Positions 11,788 through 26,371 are shown, counted from the whole stretch's first letter. The stretch: 62,864 bases of DNA, filler included, from Rhabdomonas costata (GCA_019059605.1; 51 parts of 51 records of this genome joined end to end with filler, not necessarily neighbours in it); one strand, 5' to 3'. Notes: a model not told the origin generated them from the letters alone. Translations and numbers: made by a program.

Positions 11788-14700
11788 GTGAGGGTTCCCG
11801 GCGGCTGTTTTGCAGGTTGGCGCTTAACATGACAAATAAGAAACCGAGCCCTGAAGAACCGGCATGTACGCATACGCAAACACGCACAACAAACTTCACC
11901 CCCCCACACACACACGCCAAACGATTTCATGGCCGGCAGCTGCACTTCCGGGGAGGACATAACGGGCAATACGGTCACCCGTCTCCCTGACGAACCCCAA
12001 TGTTTTTGTGCGCAGTTGCGGTTGCCTGCGCCCCCCACCCCCCACGTTCTCAGCGGGCGCGTGTAGCAACCCAGTCCGCAGGCTGCGGGTCCCCGTACCG
12101 GTCCTCTCAACACGCGGTAGGGAACAAGACGACAACCGAGCATCACCACCCTTACACCCAACACACCCATGCATGTTTCAGATTGAGGTAAGTGCACAAC
12201 GCAAGTTCACTCGCCCGCTCATGGACCACCAAAANNNNNNNNNNNNNNNNNNNNNNNNNNNNNNNNNNNNNNNNNNNNTTAATTAATTAANNNNNNNNNN
12301 NNNNNNNNNNNNNNNNNNNNNNNNNNNNNNNNNNGTTGTTGGGGAAGCCCATTCCATGCACATACTCGTCCTGAATCAGTGCCCAGGGCTTGGGCAGACG
12401 ACGATGATGCGCATGGAATGGGCTTCCGCAGCACCTCAAGGTAAGCCTGCATCGACCCCCCGACCTACCCTAATATCAACAGCAGCTCAAACAGCACACA
12501 CTTACTCGCAATTGCAATTCTGTCAGCAGTTTAAGGTGTCCCAAACCCCAACATAGGGACAACAATACCGCGCAGCACGCTAATAATCACAGAGGACCAC
12601 AAACGGAAAAACATGCTATTGGACTCCGGAGCCTGAACTCAAAAGTGCTTGCACGCACGGCGTTGCAACGGTCATCATCCAGCGAGGGTTGTGGCAACAC
12701 CTCTACCGGTGCTGATGGCTGAAGCCTAACTTTCTGCCAAATAACCAGTGAAAGGTGGGCAGACCAGCGAATCAATGAAAGAAAATGCGAAGCAAACTAA
12801 TACATGGAGTGGGCGGTTACAACACCTGTACTTTCGCCACAACCTCTTACGTTAGCAAACCTGGTTGCAACATCAGAGGCATGGTTTGCAAGCTCCCTCG
12901 TAAAGAGACACCTTCGAGGGGCAAACCAGAAGAAGCACGTCGAGCTGCCGAAACTTACGCCACGGCTCGGGGTTCAGAAGCACCGCAGACGCCGCTCGGG
13001 GCATCGAGCCGTCCCGCACCCCCAGCAGGAGCACCTCCCCAGCCTTGAGCAGGTAGCAGCACACCTCCTGTGAGGGAAAACCAAGTACCCCGAGAATGCA
13101 TCATGCCCCAAGCAGAGGTTGCCCCTGAGCAGTCCGGTTGATGTCAAAGCATTTACCACTCCAGCCCCACACCTCTTGCTTTTGCATCACGTCGTCGCTG
13201 ATGGATATACGCCCCTCGTCAGACAATGCACAACCACAGTACCCGGTGACCCCACATCTTATCCATCCATCCCGCCAACGCCCACGTGCAGACTCTCTTC
13301 CAAGAGGGTAAAACCGTCCCTCACCCTCCTTCACCGTCCTTCACCCATAAAAACCCCCCAAGGGAGAAAAATGCCCCAGCAGCAGGACATTGCCCCGGGT
13401 TCGCTCGCCCGCTAGCTCTAAACTCGGATGCATGCCAGCGCGAGGTTTTCCTCCACACGAAAAAAACACNNNNNNNNNNNNNNNNNNNNNNNNNNNNNNN
13501 NNNNNNNNNNNNNTTAATTAATTAANNNNNNNNNNNNNNNNNNNNNNNNNNNNNNNNNNNNNNNNNNNNTTGTGTTGTGAAGTATTGAGAATTTCTGTCA
13601 GTATCGAGACATGGGCACACCAACCGAGCCGCGGGCAATCCTGAGGACAAAGGTCATTGGTTTTGGTTGGTGGAGTGGTTGACGTGGTCAGAACAGACAG
13701 AAAAGACACCGAAAAAATGACATTCTTATTTAAAAAAACCGCTCTCAACTCCATCCCACGGCTCGGTTGGTGTGCCCATGTCTCGATACTGACAGAAATT
13801 CTCAATACTTCACAATACCTCTGCATTCATCACACTGCGGCAGGGAATATCGCGCATCGAATGCATGTACCTTCAAAGAGGTCTTCCCCGTGCCACAGTA
13901 GCAGGTCACAGGCTCCAGCGACACCCGGCAGGACGGGCTGAACTGCCTGCAAGGGAAAATACCGACAGCCCTGTGCAACCTTTTCAACCGATAAGGTGAA
14001 GGAAAACCACACAGCTCACTTCTTCAACATGCATCCACTGCTACATCCAGACGCACACATGCGCAAAAGTGCCAGGTCCCACATATGCGGTAATTATGGC
14101 CTCCCCACAACATGCTATACTGATGTGGTTGTGGACAAAAAAGAAAGAAACGAGTGTCGCACAAAATCTCAGAGAGTTCTCAAAAGTCTGCCTTCAGACC
14201 ATGCTGCGCACAGGAAAAACAAACAAAAGTCGCATTCACACAGCCCAAATTTCTGCATCTTTCCCCCATAGAAATATGAACGTCCCTCCCTCCACGGTTG
14301 CGCAGACTTTCTCATTGAGCTGTCACTACGGGTGAAAACGGATGAAGTTCCCACCTCTCTCTCTCTCTCTCTCGTCGGGCAACATAGGCCATTCCCTCCC
14401 CTCTCCTCTGCCACGCTCGCTTACCTGGAGGCATTCCGCTGGAACACCGACACCAGCGCCTCAAAGTTCGCCACGTACGCCTCGTCACGATACCTCGGGG
14501 TGCCCCCACCAGTAGCCCCATTCCCAGCGTAGCCACTACTGTCTCCGTTCCCCACGGCAGTGCCATTGCCCATAAACCCACCTGCTGCTGCACTGCTGCT
14601 ATGCCCAAAAGAACAATGGCCGTGGCTCGCAGGGCCCACGCCGCCGCTGTTGCTGGCGCTGTTGCTGGCGCAGCTGCACCCGACCCCAGGGACCCCCAAC

Positions 14701-15826
14701 ATGGNNNNNNNNNNNNNNNNNNNNNNNNNNNNNNNNNNNNNNNNNNNNTTAATTAATTAANNNNNNNNNNNNNNNNNNNNNNNNNNNNNNNNNNNNNNNN
14801 NNNNTTGTTTTTGTTTTGTTTATCGCCCTCAAATCCCGCGTTTCTTCTTGTAACTTGTTTGTTTTTGACGCTTCACCCCAGACACTTCACGCACTCCTGA
14901 GCATATGCCGCAGTGCACAGGTCACAACCGAAAACGACGGATACAATCACATACGCCCCACACCGGACCTCTTTTCATTGGTGTGTCCTCACCCGACTTC
15001 TTGTGTCCACGGCTTGTGGGAAACACATTAACGAGCAAAGATTCACGACCTTCGACGTTTTTTTTTTTGATAATAACGTTTAATCGTTCAACACCGTTTG
15101 GTTTTATGGCCCGTGTCACCTCAAAAGTAAGAGGTACGGGTAGAAGATCAAATGAAGAGTTCAAAAACAGACACAACTATGATGCTGTCGCAATCCATTT
15201 TTCAACACCAGTTTTAGTTTCTAAGTCCGAAATCGGATTTTAGTGCACACCTTTTCCGTTGTGAAATTCTTGAGGGGACGAGGACAAATCAAGCACACAC
15301 CCTCCTTATAATGCAAACTCAAAAAAAGATACCCAAGGTCGGGGTGCCGCGAGGATACACGAGGGTCCCTGGTCACCCCCCTTCCAGCCATGGACGGCGA
15401 GAAGGTCTGCGCAGAAAAAATAGAGGCAACCGGCAATAGAAGACGAAAAACCCACCGCTTCTGCCGTGCAGTGTGGCAAATTCCACCAGGGATGATGGGG
15501 ATGATTGTGGCGGTCTGACCGTCTTCGCCCGCACTGCCTGTTAGCCTGTTAGTTGCAAACAGGACTGCTTCACAACGGTCTTGAGTTAAAGCGAGAAAGA
15601 GAGAGGAGAGAGTTCCCGCAGTGAAGTCCAAAAAGATTGAGGAACAGCAGAGGGCACGCCACACCCTTGTCGTGGGGCGAGAGGAGACTGCGAGCTGCGC
15701 AGAGCGGCTGCGTTTGCTCTCCGACGCAGGGGTGGACTGAGAAGGCAAAAAAGAAAATAGAAGAGCAACAGAAGAAGAAGAGGAAAGCTAAAAAAAACAC
15801 TGCAGCAATGTACGTTTTTCATCTGA

Positions 15827-15932
15827 GGGAAGGTAAAGCAGGCTCCAGGCCTTTTGTATGTACAGTAGGCCATACGGTGCTTCGGGAGGCCTACTGTATA
15901 TACAAAAGGCTTGTAGCCTGCTTTACCTTCCC
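15827..15932. repeat. Imperfect inverted repeat, 45-bp arms, 16-nt loop
   Basis: Arms 15827-15871 and 15888-15932 differ at 3 positions. Confidence 0.9.
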
Positions 15933-16286
15933 ACAAAACNNNNNNNNNNNNNNNNNNNNNNNNNNNNNNNNNNNNNNNNNNNNTTAATTAATTAANNNNN
16001 NNNNNNNNNNNNNNNNNNNNNNNNNNNNNNNNNNNNNNNTTTGTTTGTGAAGATGCTTCAGAGCTCGTATGCTGCTGACAAAGTGCAAGGTTTGCTTTTC
16101 TTCGTTTGCATTTTCCTGTGAATACCCTAAATCCCTAAACCGCTTTGCCTGGTGTTCTGCTATCCATTTCAGTGGGAGCTTTTGGCGAGTACATGTCGGT
16201 CTCCATTGAGGTCTGCCTTTCACCTGTTTCTTCTGCGATTTCCTATATTTATGTGCCTTGAGCTTTCCCTTTTTTTCCCTTTTCAG

Positions 16287-16382
16287 AACGATGGCCCTGT
16301 GACACTGACCCTGGAATCCCCTGCGCGAACGCCGGTCACAGCGACCTCACCGCAGCCTTCTTGCAGCGGTGAGGCGGAATAG
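16287..16382 (+). CDS. DTD1: D-aminoacyl-tRNA deacylase, last exon
   Basis: Polypyrimidine tract + TTTCAG| then NDGPVTLTLES, the conserved DTD C-terminal NDGPVT motif; TAG stop. Confidence 0.85.
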   Translation, partial: NDGPVTLTLESPARTPVTATSPQPSCSGEAE

Positions 16383-19300
16383 ATGGAATAGTTGTGAATG
16401 TGAATGGGACTGGGAATGGGAACGGAAATCATGCTGGTGACTGCCTTGCTGTTGCTGTCTTTCTCAAATTTCTTGGAGGTCGTCGTACATAACTGCTTTT
16501 GCCACTCACCGGAAGCGCCGGGTCGCGCTTCAGGGCATTGGAAAGGCCCGGCCCTTTCCCCACCCCAAAGGGATGGGTGCAAACGGAAAATCCTGCAGGA
16601 CCTGATTCCCGACACACGGGAGCACTGCGTTCCTTCCCGAAAAAAATAGGCGGACGGGGCACGCACGGTTTACTCGCCCCCCCCCCCCGCCTGGCTCTGG
16701 TCTGGGTGTTGCGAGGGGTTGGGATGGATTGGACGTTAGAGACTGAACTAATGTTTTCGGGTTTGAAATTATTTTTTTTTGCGTCTATTTTGCTTTTATT
16801 TCCGTTCGACTTAAAAACTTGGGGTACACTTACCGGTTTCGGACAAAAAGCTGCAAATGCAATAATAATCACAGAGAAAGCAAATTGATACAGATAAGCG
16901 AAAAATAAAAAGCTGCTTGTTTTCCCACTCTTACCTCCCCCCCTAAAAAGAGCGCGTGCGTGAAGGCGGATTTGGAACGAAGAAGAACGGAAGAGCGAAT
17001 GAGAAGTATGAAGAGAGTGAGTGAGTGAGGAGGGGGCGGATAGAATGGAAGACCAAAGGAGATCAGCAAAGGGCCCAGCCCTGCTTCGAGTTTGCCGGAA
17101 GCCCCGGAAAACCAGAAGGGAAAAAACAAAAAGAAAACCAAAAAAAGGGACAAAACCCGGTTAAAAAAACACAANNNNNNNNNNNNNNNNNNNNNNNNNN
17201 NNNNNNNNNNNNNNNNNNTTAATTAATTAANNNNNNNNNNNNNNNNNNNNNNNNNNNNNNNNNNNNNNNNNNNNAACGGTAAAAGGTATGGTCATTCCAC
17301 AGCCTTTGCCACTACCCCTTGCTCTTGAAAGCCCGTTGTGGAAAAACAACGCCACGTCGGCGGCACTTTTGAAATGGGAACGTGGTACGTTCCCGTTTAC
17401 GACGCAAAAAATGACAGGAGGACAGCGACCGGGACAAAAGAAAAGTGAGAGCGCTCGCTCTCCCGAACCTCGTCCCGGCCCCGGTTTCAGAATACTTTCC
17501 CCCGAAAACTTCACTGCTTTCGGTTGGCTTAAGTTTTAAGATTGTTTTTTTGGTGCGCGTTTACGTCAGTTGCGTTGGAGAAGCGCCGGGTCGAAATAGC
17601 CCGCCCAAAACCAAGAAGGTGAAAGGAGCTGTGACTGGATCTTTGGCTGCTGTGGTTGTAACGGCTGCCGCGCGAAGTTTCAACTGAAACATCAGTTAGC
17701 GAAGGGGCGGTGGAAAGAATGCTCTGCGCAGTGGGGCCTACACAGCAGTTCGCTGGGTGGGCGGTGCGGTGCACCACCAAGTATGGTAATGAGCGCAGAC
17801 AGTCAAGGAAGGGCACCAAGAGACTGACGATAACTTCAGTTTCCATTGAAACCTCCGTTAGCGCAAGGAATGGGAAAGAATGCTCAAAACCCAAATTCAT
17901 CTCATTGTGAAACTCGGGGGGTCAGACAAAAGATAATCTATGCCACATGGTGTGGATGCACGGTAACTAGAGTGGTTTGTGGAAAGCCAATGGCTGGTGT
18001 CGATGGGATTCCCTCTGGCCGTGAAAATGTGTCTGCTGGGTTGGATGGCGCATGTACCCCTTGCATGTCAAGATTTTCTGCGAAACAAAAGCGGGAAGTT
18101 CGAAAGGAAACCCGAAAGTTTTGTTGAGTGAAAGAAGAGAGGTTGTCGGTAAAAATACTTGACGGAGAGCAGGTAAGGTGGCATAGAGCGCGGCGTCCTG
18201 CTGAGATCTCCCCGTGACATGGACTGTGGTCGCAAAGGAACGATGGAGAAATGCAGACACTAGAAAGGTGGAACCAAATGGCGCAGCGTCCACAAAAACT
18301 GGAGGCATGGTTACCGGTGTATGGACGGGTCGGGGACGGGATCGAATCAGTGTATAAAAAATGCCGTAAGAATGAAAGAGGAGGTGCGGAGATGTAAAAG
18401 AGAACCTCCNNNNNNNNNNNNNNNNNNNNNNNNNNNNNNNNNNNNNNNNNNNNTTAATTAATTAANNNNNNNNNNNNNNNNNNNNNNNNNNNNNNNNNNN
18501 NNNNNNNNNGTGTTGTGGGATGAAGTTCAATTCAGGGCGGTGAGGGGTTGAACCCTGCTATTTCGCGAGCTACTGGGTGTCTGCCGAAACGCCGCCCAAA
18601 TTACATAGTTGGCGCAAGTTGGCGTAAAATGGTTTTTCGGCTATACCCATTGAACAACTCTAAGCAGCGCTGATTTTGCGTTTCACATGCTGCACATTTT
18701 TCGTTTTTGTTGCTGATATCGTTGCTCTTACAGGCTTACCTTCTTCCCGGTCCTGTTAAAAAGAAAGTTGGTATGTGCTTTTCTCCTACTTTCACTCACG
18801 GGTTGCGTCGAGCTCAAGCAGCAGCCTTTCCTTCTCTTCAGTGCACCAGATTGTTACGGGAACTCGTACCATGGTGTACCATGGTGGCGTGCTCACACTT
18901 TCTTATTAGAGTAACCTGCGACAATCACAAAAACGAATTTACCGCTTTGCACCTTTTAAACTTTTTATTTTCTCAACTGGTGAATTGCAAGGTTGGTGTA
19001 CAGTTGGTGTAAGGTCTTATTCCAACTCAAGTTGTTGCTCTTGTCTCTTCTGTGCATGGTTTATGAGACCTTTGCAATTGCTGTCATTTCGTTTTTTCAA
19101 AGGTTATGTGGTTGGACTACTGGCAAATCTTTTATTTGCATCCGCTCGAGTTGTGCTTGCGGTTTGACCTTCACGGCGGTCTTGGAATCGTTCTGGACAA
19201 TCGTTGGGGGCAGCGGTGTCCTCTCGTTTTGACGTTGTTAAAACTGTACTTTACCTGCAACTTTGAATGTATGGTTGTCCCATTCCCCTGGGAAATGACA

Positions 19301-19919
19301 AACAGCAGATTCTCGATTCGGAAGCGACCTAGTTTTCAGTTATGTGTGGTGCTCTGATTAGAGTCAAGGAAGCCCTCCAGATGCTGTGGTCCAGCGGCCA
19401 AGTGTCACTGCGGGCTCCGCCAGGGACTTTAGGCCACCCCACACTGACGGGCCACGTTCCCGCGCTGCGCCGCCAGCCCAGCTCCACACCAAACCCCATG
19501 GGCACGGGGTGCGGAGCCTCTTTCTTATTGAGCTCTGCTTAGCTGGACAGCTCGAGCTCGACTTAGGGAAAAGGTGACTTATTCACTGGTCAGTTATTTG
19601 AAAAAAATGAGAGAAAAAGAGGAGTGGAGGAGAAACAAACCAACNNNNNNNNNNNNNNNNNNNNNNNNNNNNNNNNNNNNNNNNNNNNTTAATTAATTAA
19701 NNNNNNNNNNNNNNNNNNNNNNNNNNNNNNNNNNNNNNNNNNNNGTTTTTGCGTCAGCGCTTTCTCGCTATCTCGCTCTCGCTCTCTGCTGAAAAGCCAC
19801 ATTGGCGGCAAATGCTGGTCTGGCCGCTTCCTTTGGAGCGTCATCAGCTCTCCGGTGCACTCAGTGCGTGTGCATGTGTGTGTGTGCGTGTCCATTTTGC
19901 CTTTGTCATGGTGGGGCAG

Positions 19920-20878
19920 GAGCTTGAGAAGGAGACGGTGTATGCCGACGGGGAGGACCTGCAGTACGAGGTGGTGATCTTCGGGAAGATCGACGCCCAG
20001 GTCTTTGGGGGGGAGCCCGTTCCCGGGCCTCAGCCCCCGGTCTCCCCTTCCTCCGCCGTCTCCGCCCGCACCTCGGAGGACTCCACCGCCAGCAGCCCCT
20101 TCCGCTTCCGCAAGCTGCTGCCCAAGGGTACCACTCACACTCCATTCCCAAGCCACTGTGCTCCCCATAGGATCCCCGATGAGTGCGAATACGCATTTTT
20201 TTTCCATTTTTTTAAGACGCTGAAGAATTTACGGTTTGGGGGGATTTTTTTGCTAGTCAACAATAGGAGAAATATGAGTTGCGAATTTTTGTGTTGGACT
20301 TCAGACTGTCCGTGTTTCCTTGGTCTGTGTGCGGGAACACACATGGTCGGCGTCAGTTTTTCAGCCTCGGCGGTGCTTCATGGCGCTCATCTCCTTGTAC
20401 AGTCTTGTACAGGGTGGGGGGGCTGTTGTGAACTGGAATGGCTGGTTGTTGTGGTTACCGGAGATTAAAGGTGAAAGGTGGCATACCACAATATGTGGGG
20501 ACACCCCCAACACGCAACACGGACCACTTAACACTAGGACCCCGTGTGCCGATTCAACCCCTGTCTCTCTGCCGCCAAACAGGGGTGCTGTCGTGCAAGA
20601 TGGATGGCCTGTGGCCGCACTCCACCTACACTGTCGCCGTGCGAGCGCTGTACACCAATGGCTACGATGTCTCTGGGCTCTCGCTCTCCGCCTACCTCGC
20701 CGACCTCGAGCCCCCGCACGGCCCGACCGCCCTCCTGGTACACCCCAACCCTGCCGGCAGCACCCCTGCGGCCACCCCAAGCATCTCATCGGCCGAAGGT
20801 GGCGCAGGAGCTGCGGAGCTGGAGGTGCAGGAGTTTGGGGAGGCCGCCCGACTGCTGTGGGGACCATGGGCCGAGCCA
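19920..20878 (+). CDS. Fibronectin type III-containing protein, exons ~19920-20128 and ~20583-20878
   Basis: LQYEVVI and CKMDGLWPHSTYTVAVRALYTNG (FN3 pattern L.P.t.Y.v.VrA); GT-AG intron. Confidence 0.6.
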
Positions 20879-23800
20879 ANNNNNNNNNNNNNNNNNNNNN
20901 NNNNNNNNNNNNNNNNNNNNNNNTTAATTAATTAANNNNNNNNNNNNNNNNNNNNNNNNNNNNNNNNNNNNNNNNNNNNGTGGGGTGTTTGTGTGTGTGT
21001 GTGTGTGTGGTTTGAAAAGCTCCGCGTACACCATCGGCCTAGGGGCCGCCAGCCCTGCGAGGAAGGTAAGAGTAGGCAGCGAGTTTTGACGTTAGGCGGG
21101 GGAAGGGTGGGGAAAAGGGACCTTGCAGGAGGGTGGCCTCCACCGTGATCCCCACCAGTAGCGCAGCCGCCAGCCCACGAGTAAGAAAGCGCAACCCTTG
21201 CAACATCATTTTGCTTCTTTTGCGGAGGATCGTGTGAAGAGAGTTGAAGGACTGCAAAAGTTGAAGGACTTGAAAAAGGACTGCAAACTGCAAACCGAAG
21301 AGCAAATGCGGTAGAGGCAGCGGAACGCGCTGGATAGTTTTCCAACGTTAAGGACCCAGCTAAGACCCTAAGGTGTCCAGTCGTTGATTCTTCATCATTT
21401 GTGACTGGATTTGTGACGAATCCAATAACAATGAAAAAGAAACCCAAGAAAAAACTTGAAAGAAACTCCAAGAAAGCTCCAGACCTCAAAATAAGGGTAA
21501 AACAATTCGCACTGACTTTAAAAAGTTACACAAACTAACGTGCCAACACATTTTGCGTGCCCCGAGGCGTGCACGATGCGCGACCCACGCCATGAATCAA
21601 CACGCAGGATGGCATGCGGAGCCCATGCAGCGCTTTCGACGCGTTTTCGGGAGGGTGCCGGAGGAAAAATTTTCTGCCTCATTAGCAGGTACGAAGAAAG
21701 CGATGCAATTTGGGAATGACCCAGATCCCCCCGCTGCTTTGTATATCCGTTGTTTGCGCAAAACCTGGGGCCTTGGAGTCCCCAATCCCAAACCGAATAG
21801 AGGAAAAAAGGGTCGATTGCGTCTGAACAGCCAACGAGAACCGATACTCTTTCAGCTTTCCAACTCTGTACTGCTCCGATTTTGGTTTCGTGACCGCACT
21901 CCCCTACCGCGCGTTTCCCGTGCAACAAGCCCTACAAAACGCAAGCACTGCAGCAAAGACACAAGTTGGCATGAAGCTGTGCCACCGAGGGTTCACACGG
22001 AAAGCCCAAACCAACAAACCAGCAGAAGGAAAGCGGGAGAGAGGGGCTTTCATGGAACACGGAAAACGAGGAAGCCATAACCACGGGCAGCCCCGTGGCC
22101 ACACAACCCCCAAANNNNNNNNNNNNNNNNNNNNNNNNNNNNNNNNNNNNNNNNNNNNTTAATTAATTAANNNNNNNNNNNNNNNNNNNNNNNNNNNNNN
22201 NNNNNNNNNNNNNNGTGTTGGGCGCGCAGCAGGAAGTCAGCGGGCCGCTTGCGCCCCCAACCAAGGGCGAAAACCCGCTGCAGAAGCAATGGCCGCAACA
22301 GAGTCACGTAACGCGCTATTATGACCCCAGAGACCAGCGTGGCGACATTCGACGACGTGAACGCCGAGTACGTCAAGAGGTTCCCCGCAGTACTCGCACG
22401 CACACCCCGCCGCTTCAAGTGGAATTGCAGCAGCAGGCGGTATTCGGCGGCACCGAAGTGAAGCCCAAGAACCGTGTTCGGCTTAACACTCAGAGAGACT
22501 CACCTCGCCTCTGAAGGCGAACCCGGTCACGAATGGGTAGTAGGTCCTGCGCAACCTTGGATTACATCTGGTCGCCCCAGAACAATTGTTCGTGCAGCTT
22601 CTGCTCAACCAGAGCCTCTGCGGCGGGAAGGGTGTGCGAAGCCACGATGAAAGGTGATAATCATGGTGGAGTTGAGACAGAACCTGAGCAGCGGCAGCTC
22701 AGTATTCCGAGTTCGGAGGAACAGAAAGCAGTCATCATGGGGGCGCCCGTCGCTGGCATGGCGCTCGTGGGGCCACAGCAGCCCAACGCAGGTGCAGGGG
22801 AGTAGTACACCGTGGGGACCATCCGGTAGCTGACGGAGGGCACCATCGTGCCGTTTCAGCTGCTGCTGCCGAAGCCCTTCTTCTTGAATGGGAGTCTGTT
22901 GCCCATTTCAATCACCACCGGGAAGAAAAAGAGCACAGGGTCTGCAGGGTCACAACAAAGAGACCGACGAGTAACACCCAATAACATTACCAGGTATTTC
23001 CCCTTCCTTCAAGCTCTGGTCAATTTGGCCAGCGCGTCTGGGGATCCCCTGTTCTTCAGCTAGCCAAAGATGGGGTGAGTGAGCAAATACTATTTGATGT
23101 GCAGCATATACAACCGAATTATATTCCCACCCACAAAGCTGCAGTGCCCCCCCCCCAGGCGGGATGCACGTGCTTCTGAGAATCGGAGAGGTTTTTCAAA
23201 CTGAGAGGTGGGGAAAGAACTGGCCGAGAGTGAGGAAAAAGCAGGGAAGGACTTTTGTACAGTTCAAGAAATTTTTGATTGCCAAATATGGGTGGGGCTT
23301 CTCGCGGTCTTTCCTGGAAGAAGCCCCACCCATATTTGGCAACCAAAAANNNNNNNNNNNNNNNNNNNNNNNNNNNNNNNNNNNNNNNNNNNNTTAATTA
23401 ATTAANNNNNNNNNNNNNNNNNNNNNNNNNNNNNNNNNNNNNNNNNNNNGTGTTGTGGGGCAGAGGAGGCAGGCTCCCTGCAAGATGGCAAGTGATGACA
23501 CGCTCCCTCTCCGCAGACCCCAGCCCTCCTAGAGGGACTGTGCAACCTCTCCCCGCGTGTCAACGAGTGGACCCGCGAGCGGATTCGAAAGCGAATAAAA
23601 TTTTGCATTTCTAGGTGGCACACCGGCAGCGCCTCAAGCGTGACAACATCTGATTTTTTTATGTGTGTGCCTGTGGCGGTGAAGGTGTGAGGCAAGTGCT
23701 GACGATGTTGAGGCGGAAGGTAGCCCATGCGATCTTTACGAGTGTGCAAGAGCCAAATGACCTCATAAGTTCAAAAAAATAATGGCCTGACGTAGGAACT

Positions 23801-23909
23801 GATGAAAGTGACCCTCCCCATTTCGCTGGTCCGGAGGCGGGCAGAGAAGGATAGACTGGTATTACTGCTGGAAGAAGAAGGACGAATAAAGCAAATTGTA
23901 AACCCACAC

Positions 23910-24584
23910 CTGGGGCACCGGGCAACTGGTACACCGCACGCAACCACCCGCTCCCCAGGGCGTCGCCAGGCAGCAGGTTCTGCACCAGGGCCTCGAACTC
24001 GGCCGGGCCCTTCACGGTGCGCACTTTGCTGAGGGTGTTCTGCGTGGCCAGGGGCTGCACCACCTTCAGCATGGCGTCAAGAGTCTTCGGGGGGTCCACC
24101 AGGTACAACGCGTGCATCCGCTCCCCTGCCATTATGCCATGCATTGGGTTATCTGTTGCCTGAGTTCTCAGGAAGGGGAATTCTACGGGAGATTTTTTAA
24201 AAATAAGTTGAGATGTGACGCTACTATTCAGCCACAACCATAAGAACGTTAAAGCCGAAGTTCAGGCGACTTAACTGTCTGTGGAGACATGGGTGAATTG
24301 TGCTGGGGTGTGTAATGGTGCCATTCTTTCGTTGAGTTCAGTTGCCTTTCTGTCAGAATGACTTTGTTGGCACAGCGCACCCTTGGCAGGCCCTGTTAGG
24401 GAGGAAGGCTCTTGTGGAGTGGGAAGAAAAGGTGTAGAAAAAGCGCTTGCAGAAGCACTGCCCGTCGGTGGTGTGTGTGCCTTTACAGTGACAGGGACAG
24501 CCACACGAGGACCTTCCCAAACCCACGCAGACATACGGTAGTGCGCCTTGAAAACCTTGGCCATCTTCACCGCTAGGGGGATGT
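23910..24584 (-). CDS. CRAL-TRIO/SEC14 lipid-binding protein, two exons (24537-24584 and ~23910-24125)
   Basis: Spliced KVFKAHYRERMHALYLVDPPKTLDAMLKVVQPLATQNTLSKV matches HYPERl..iyiv.aP......vkP.l...T..Ki; GTATGT...CAG intron. Confidence 0.8.
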
Positions 24585-26371
24585 NNNNNNNNNNNNNNNN
24601 NNNNNNNNNNNNNNNNNNNNNNNNNNNNTTAATTAATTAANNNNNNNNNNNNNNNNNNNNNNNNNNNNNNNNNNNNNNNNNNNNTGTTGTTGAGGCTGGG
24701 AGCGTCCATACTGGAGACATGCTATCCATATCCCCCTCTCAACGGAAACACTGAAAAGTAGCGGAGAGTGTGAAAAGGCTGAAGCACACCACCGTGCTCT
24801 CGACTGGCTGGCACTGAAGCTCAACACTCACACTCTGACGCCCTCTCAAGCTGTAGCTTTGGTCTGCTGACAGAAGGAAGGAAGGAAGTAGTTTAGCTTG
24901 GTGAGGAGAAGGAAGGAAAGAACGAATGAACTTCCTTTTTTATCTCCCACTGCTGCTTTGAAGATGAGGGGGGGGAGCCCCCTTATCCTCCTTTTAGCCT
25001 TCTTCCGCTTTGGGTGGGCTCATGATGCGCAGGGGTGTGAGGTGGGGAGGAGGGAAAGGTATAACCAGGCCACGCGCACGAGGAAGCTCAAAGAGCACCC
25101 CGCCGCTCTTGCAGGTTGAGTGGTGGGCTGCCTGCAATGGCGCTGTTGGATTCCGTGATCGAAATCTTCTTACCCTCCAAGATGGCATGGACGTGTTCGA
25201 TGTGATCCGAAAGGGCCGAAACGTTGGGTTGTCGAGTAGCAACTTGCGCAGTGTCTTAGCATCCAGTTCCACGGTTCCAAGGCTCTAATGGGAAGAGTAG
25301 GTGTGTATCCCAGAAAGCGAAACCCTGAAACCCCGAAACCCGGAGTTCTGCTCTGGGGTGTGATCGTATACCGTCAGCATGTCGAAGAACGAGGTGGCGA
25401 CGAAACATTTTTCAAAATTCACCTCTAACAAGCAGGCAGGTCGCGGGGAAGCAGCCAGTGCAATCTCATGTTCAGGAAATATTTGTCAGTTCATTCGGAT
25501 TATCTCCCCGCGGTAATTATGTCGGATTATCCGTGAACTGTCGCTGTTTACTGGGTACACCCTCGTCTTCAGAAAAACGTCCTGCTTCGTGTGCGCCAAC
25601 TTGACTGACTGATGGTGTATATGGCTCAGGATCTGTCTAGGGGAAGGGACCAGCTTTTTCATGATCGTTTTTTTTTTCAAGGGCGCCCTGAGGAAGGAGT
25701 GGGGTCAGCTGAAATAGATGCGAAAGTGAAGCGCTTTTGCCGGCTGCCGATCCAAGTGATCGTGATCCGATTTTCCTGCTACAACAAACTACCCACCTTC
25801 CTCGACCAACCCAACNNNNNNNNNNNNNNNNNNNNNNNNNNNNNNNNNNNNNNNNNNNNTTAATTAATTAANNNNNNNNNNNNNNNNNNNNNNNNNNNNN
25901 NNNNNNNNNNNNNNNGGTTTGGGTGCCCGAAGAACCGCATTGCAGCTCTTCGTGCGTTGAAACCCTCACAAGGCGTACCTTCAAAGCCCCCCAAACTCCC
26001 AAAAGAACTCCAATGCGGTTCTTCGGGCATCGAAACCCCCACGAACCATAGTACTGGTTGATGGGGTTGATGTTGATGGTCCAGGTGGTTGAGACTGCGC
26101 TTCTGCTGTCAAAGGTTTGGAAGAACAAGTCTTTTTGGAGGGGGGGGGCGATGCCCCTTAGGCGTTTGAAGCGGCACATGTGGAGCAGTGTAACCACTGC
26201 CCGGAGGACGAAATAAATGGGTCTCGCAGGGGGTTAGGGAGATTTACATGAGGAGGGGGGTTCCCCCCCGGGAACTTATTCCGTTTTAGTGTTCTTTCCA
26301 CAGCTTTTATTTTATATAATGTTTACTGTTGACCATTTAATTTCCAGGATGGGAGACCTAAATGTTGCCCG

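Noticed and set aside
13575-13815. Perfect 57-bp inverted repeat (13575-13631 / 13759-13815)
   Set aside because: Perfect arms running to a contig end; most simply an amplification template-switch chimera rather than transposon TIRs.
23272-23349. Terminal hairpin of about 30 bp
   Set aside because: The only mismatch lies in the primer-like tail; probable artefact.
25916-26040. Inverted repeat upstream of the Merlin transposase, considered as TIRs
   Set aside because: Both arms lie on the same side of the ORF and at the contig start; fits fold-back priming.
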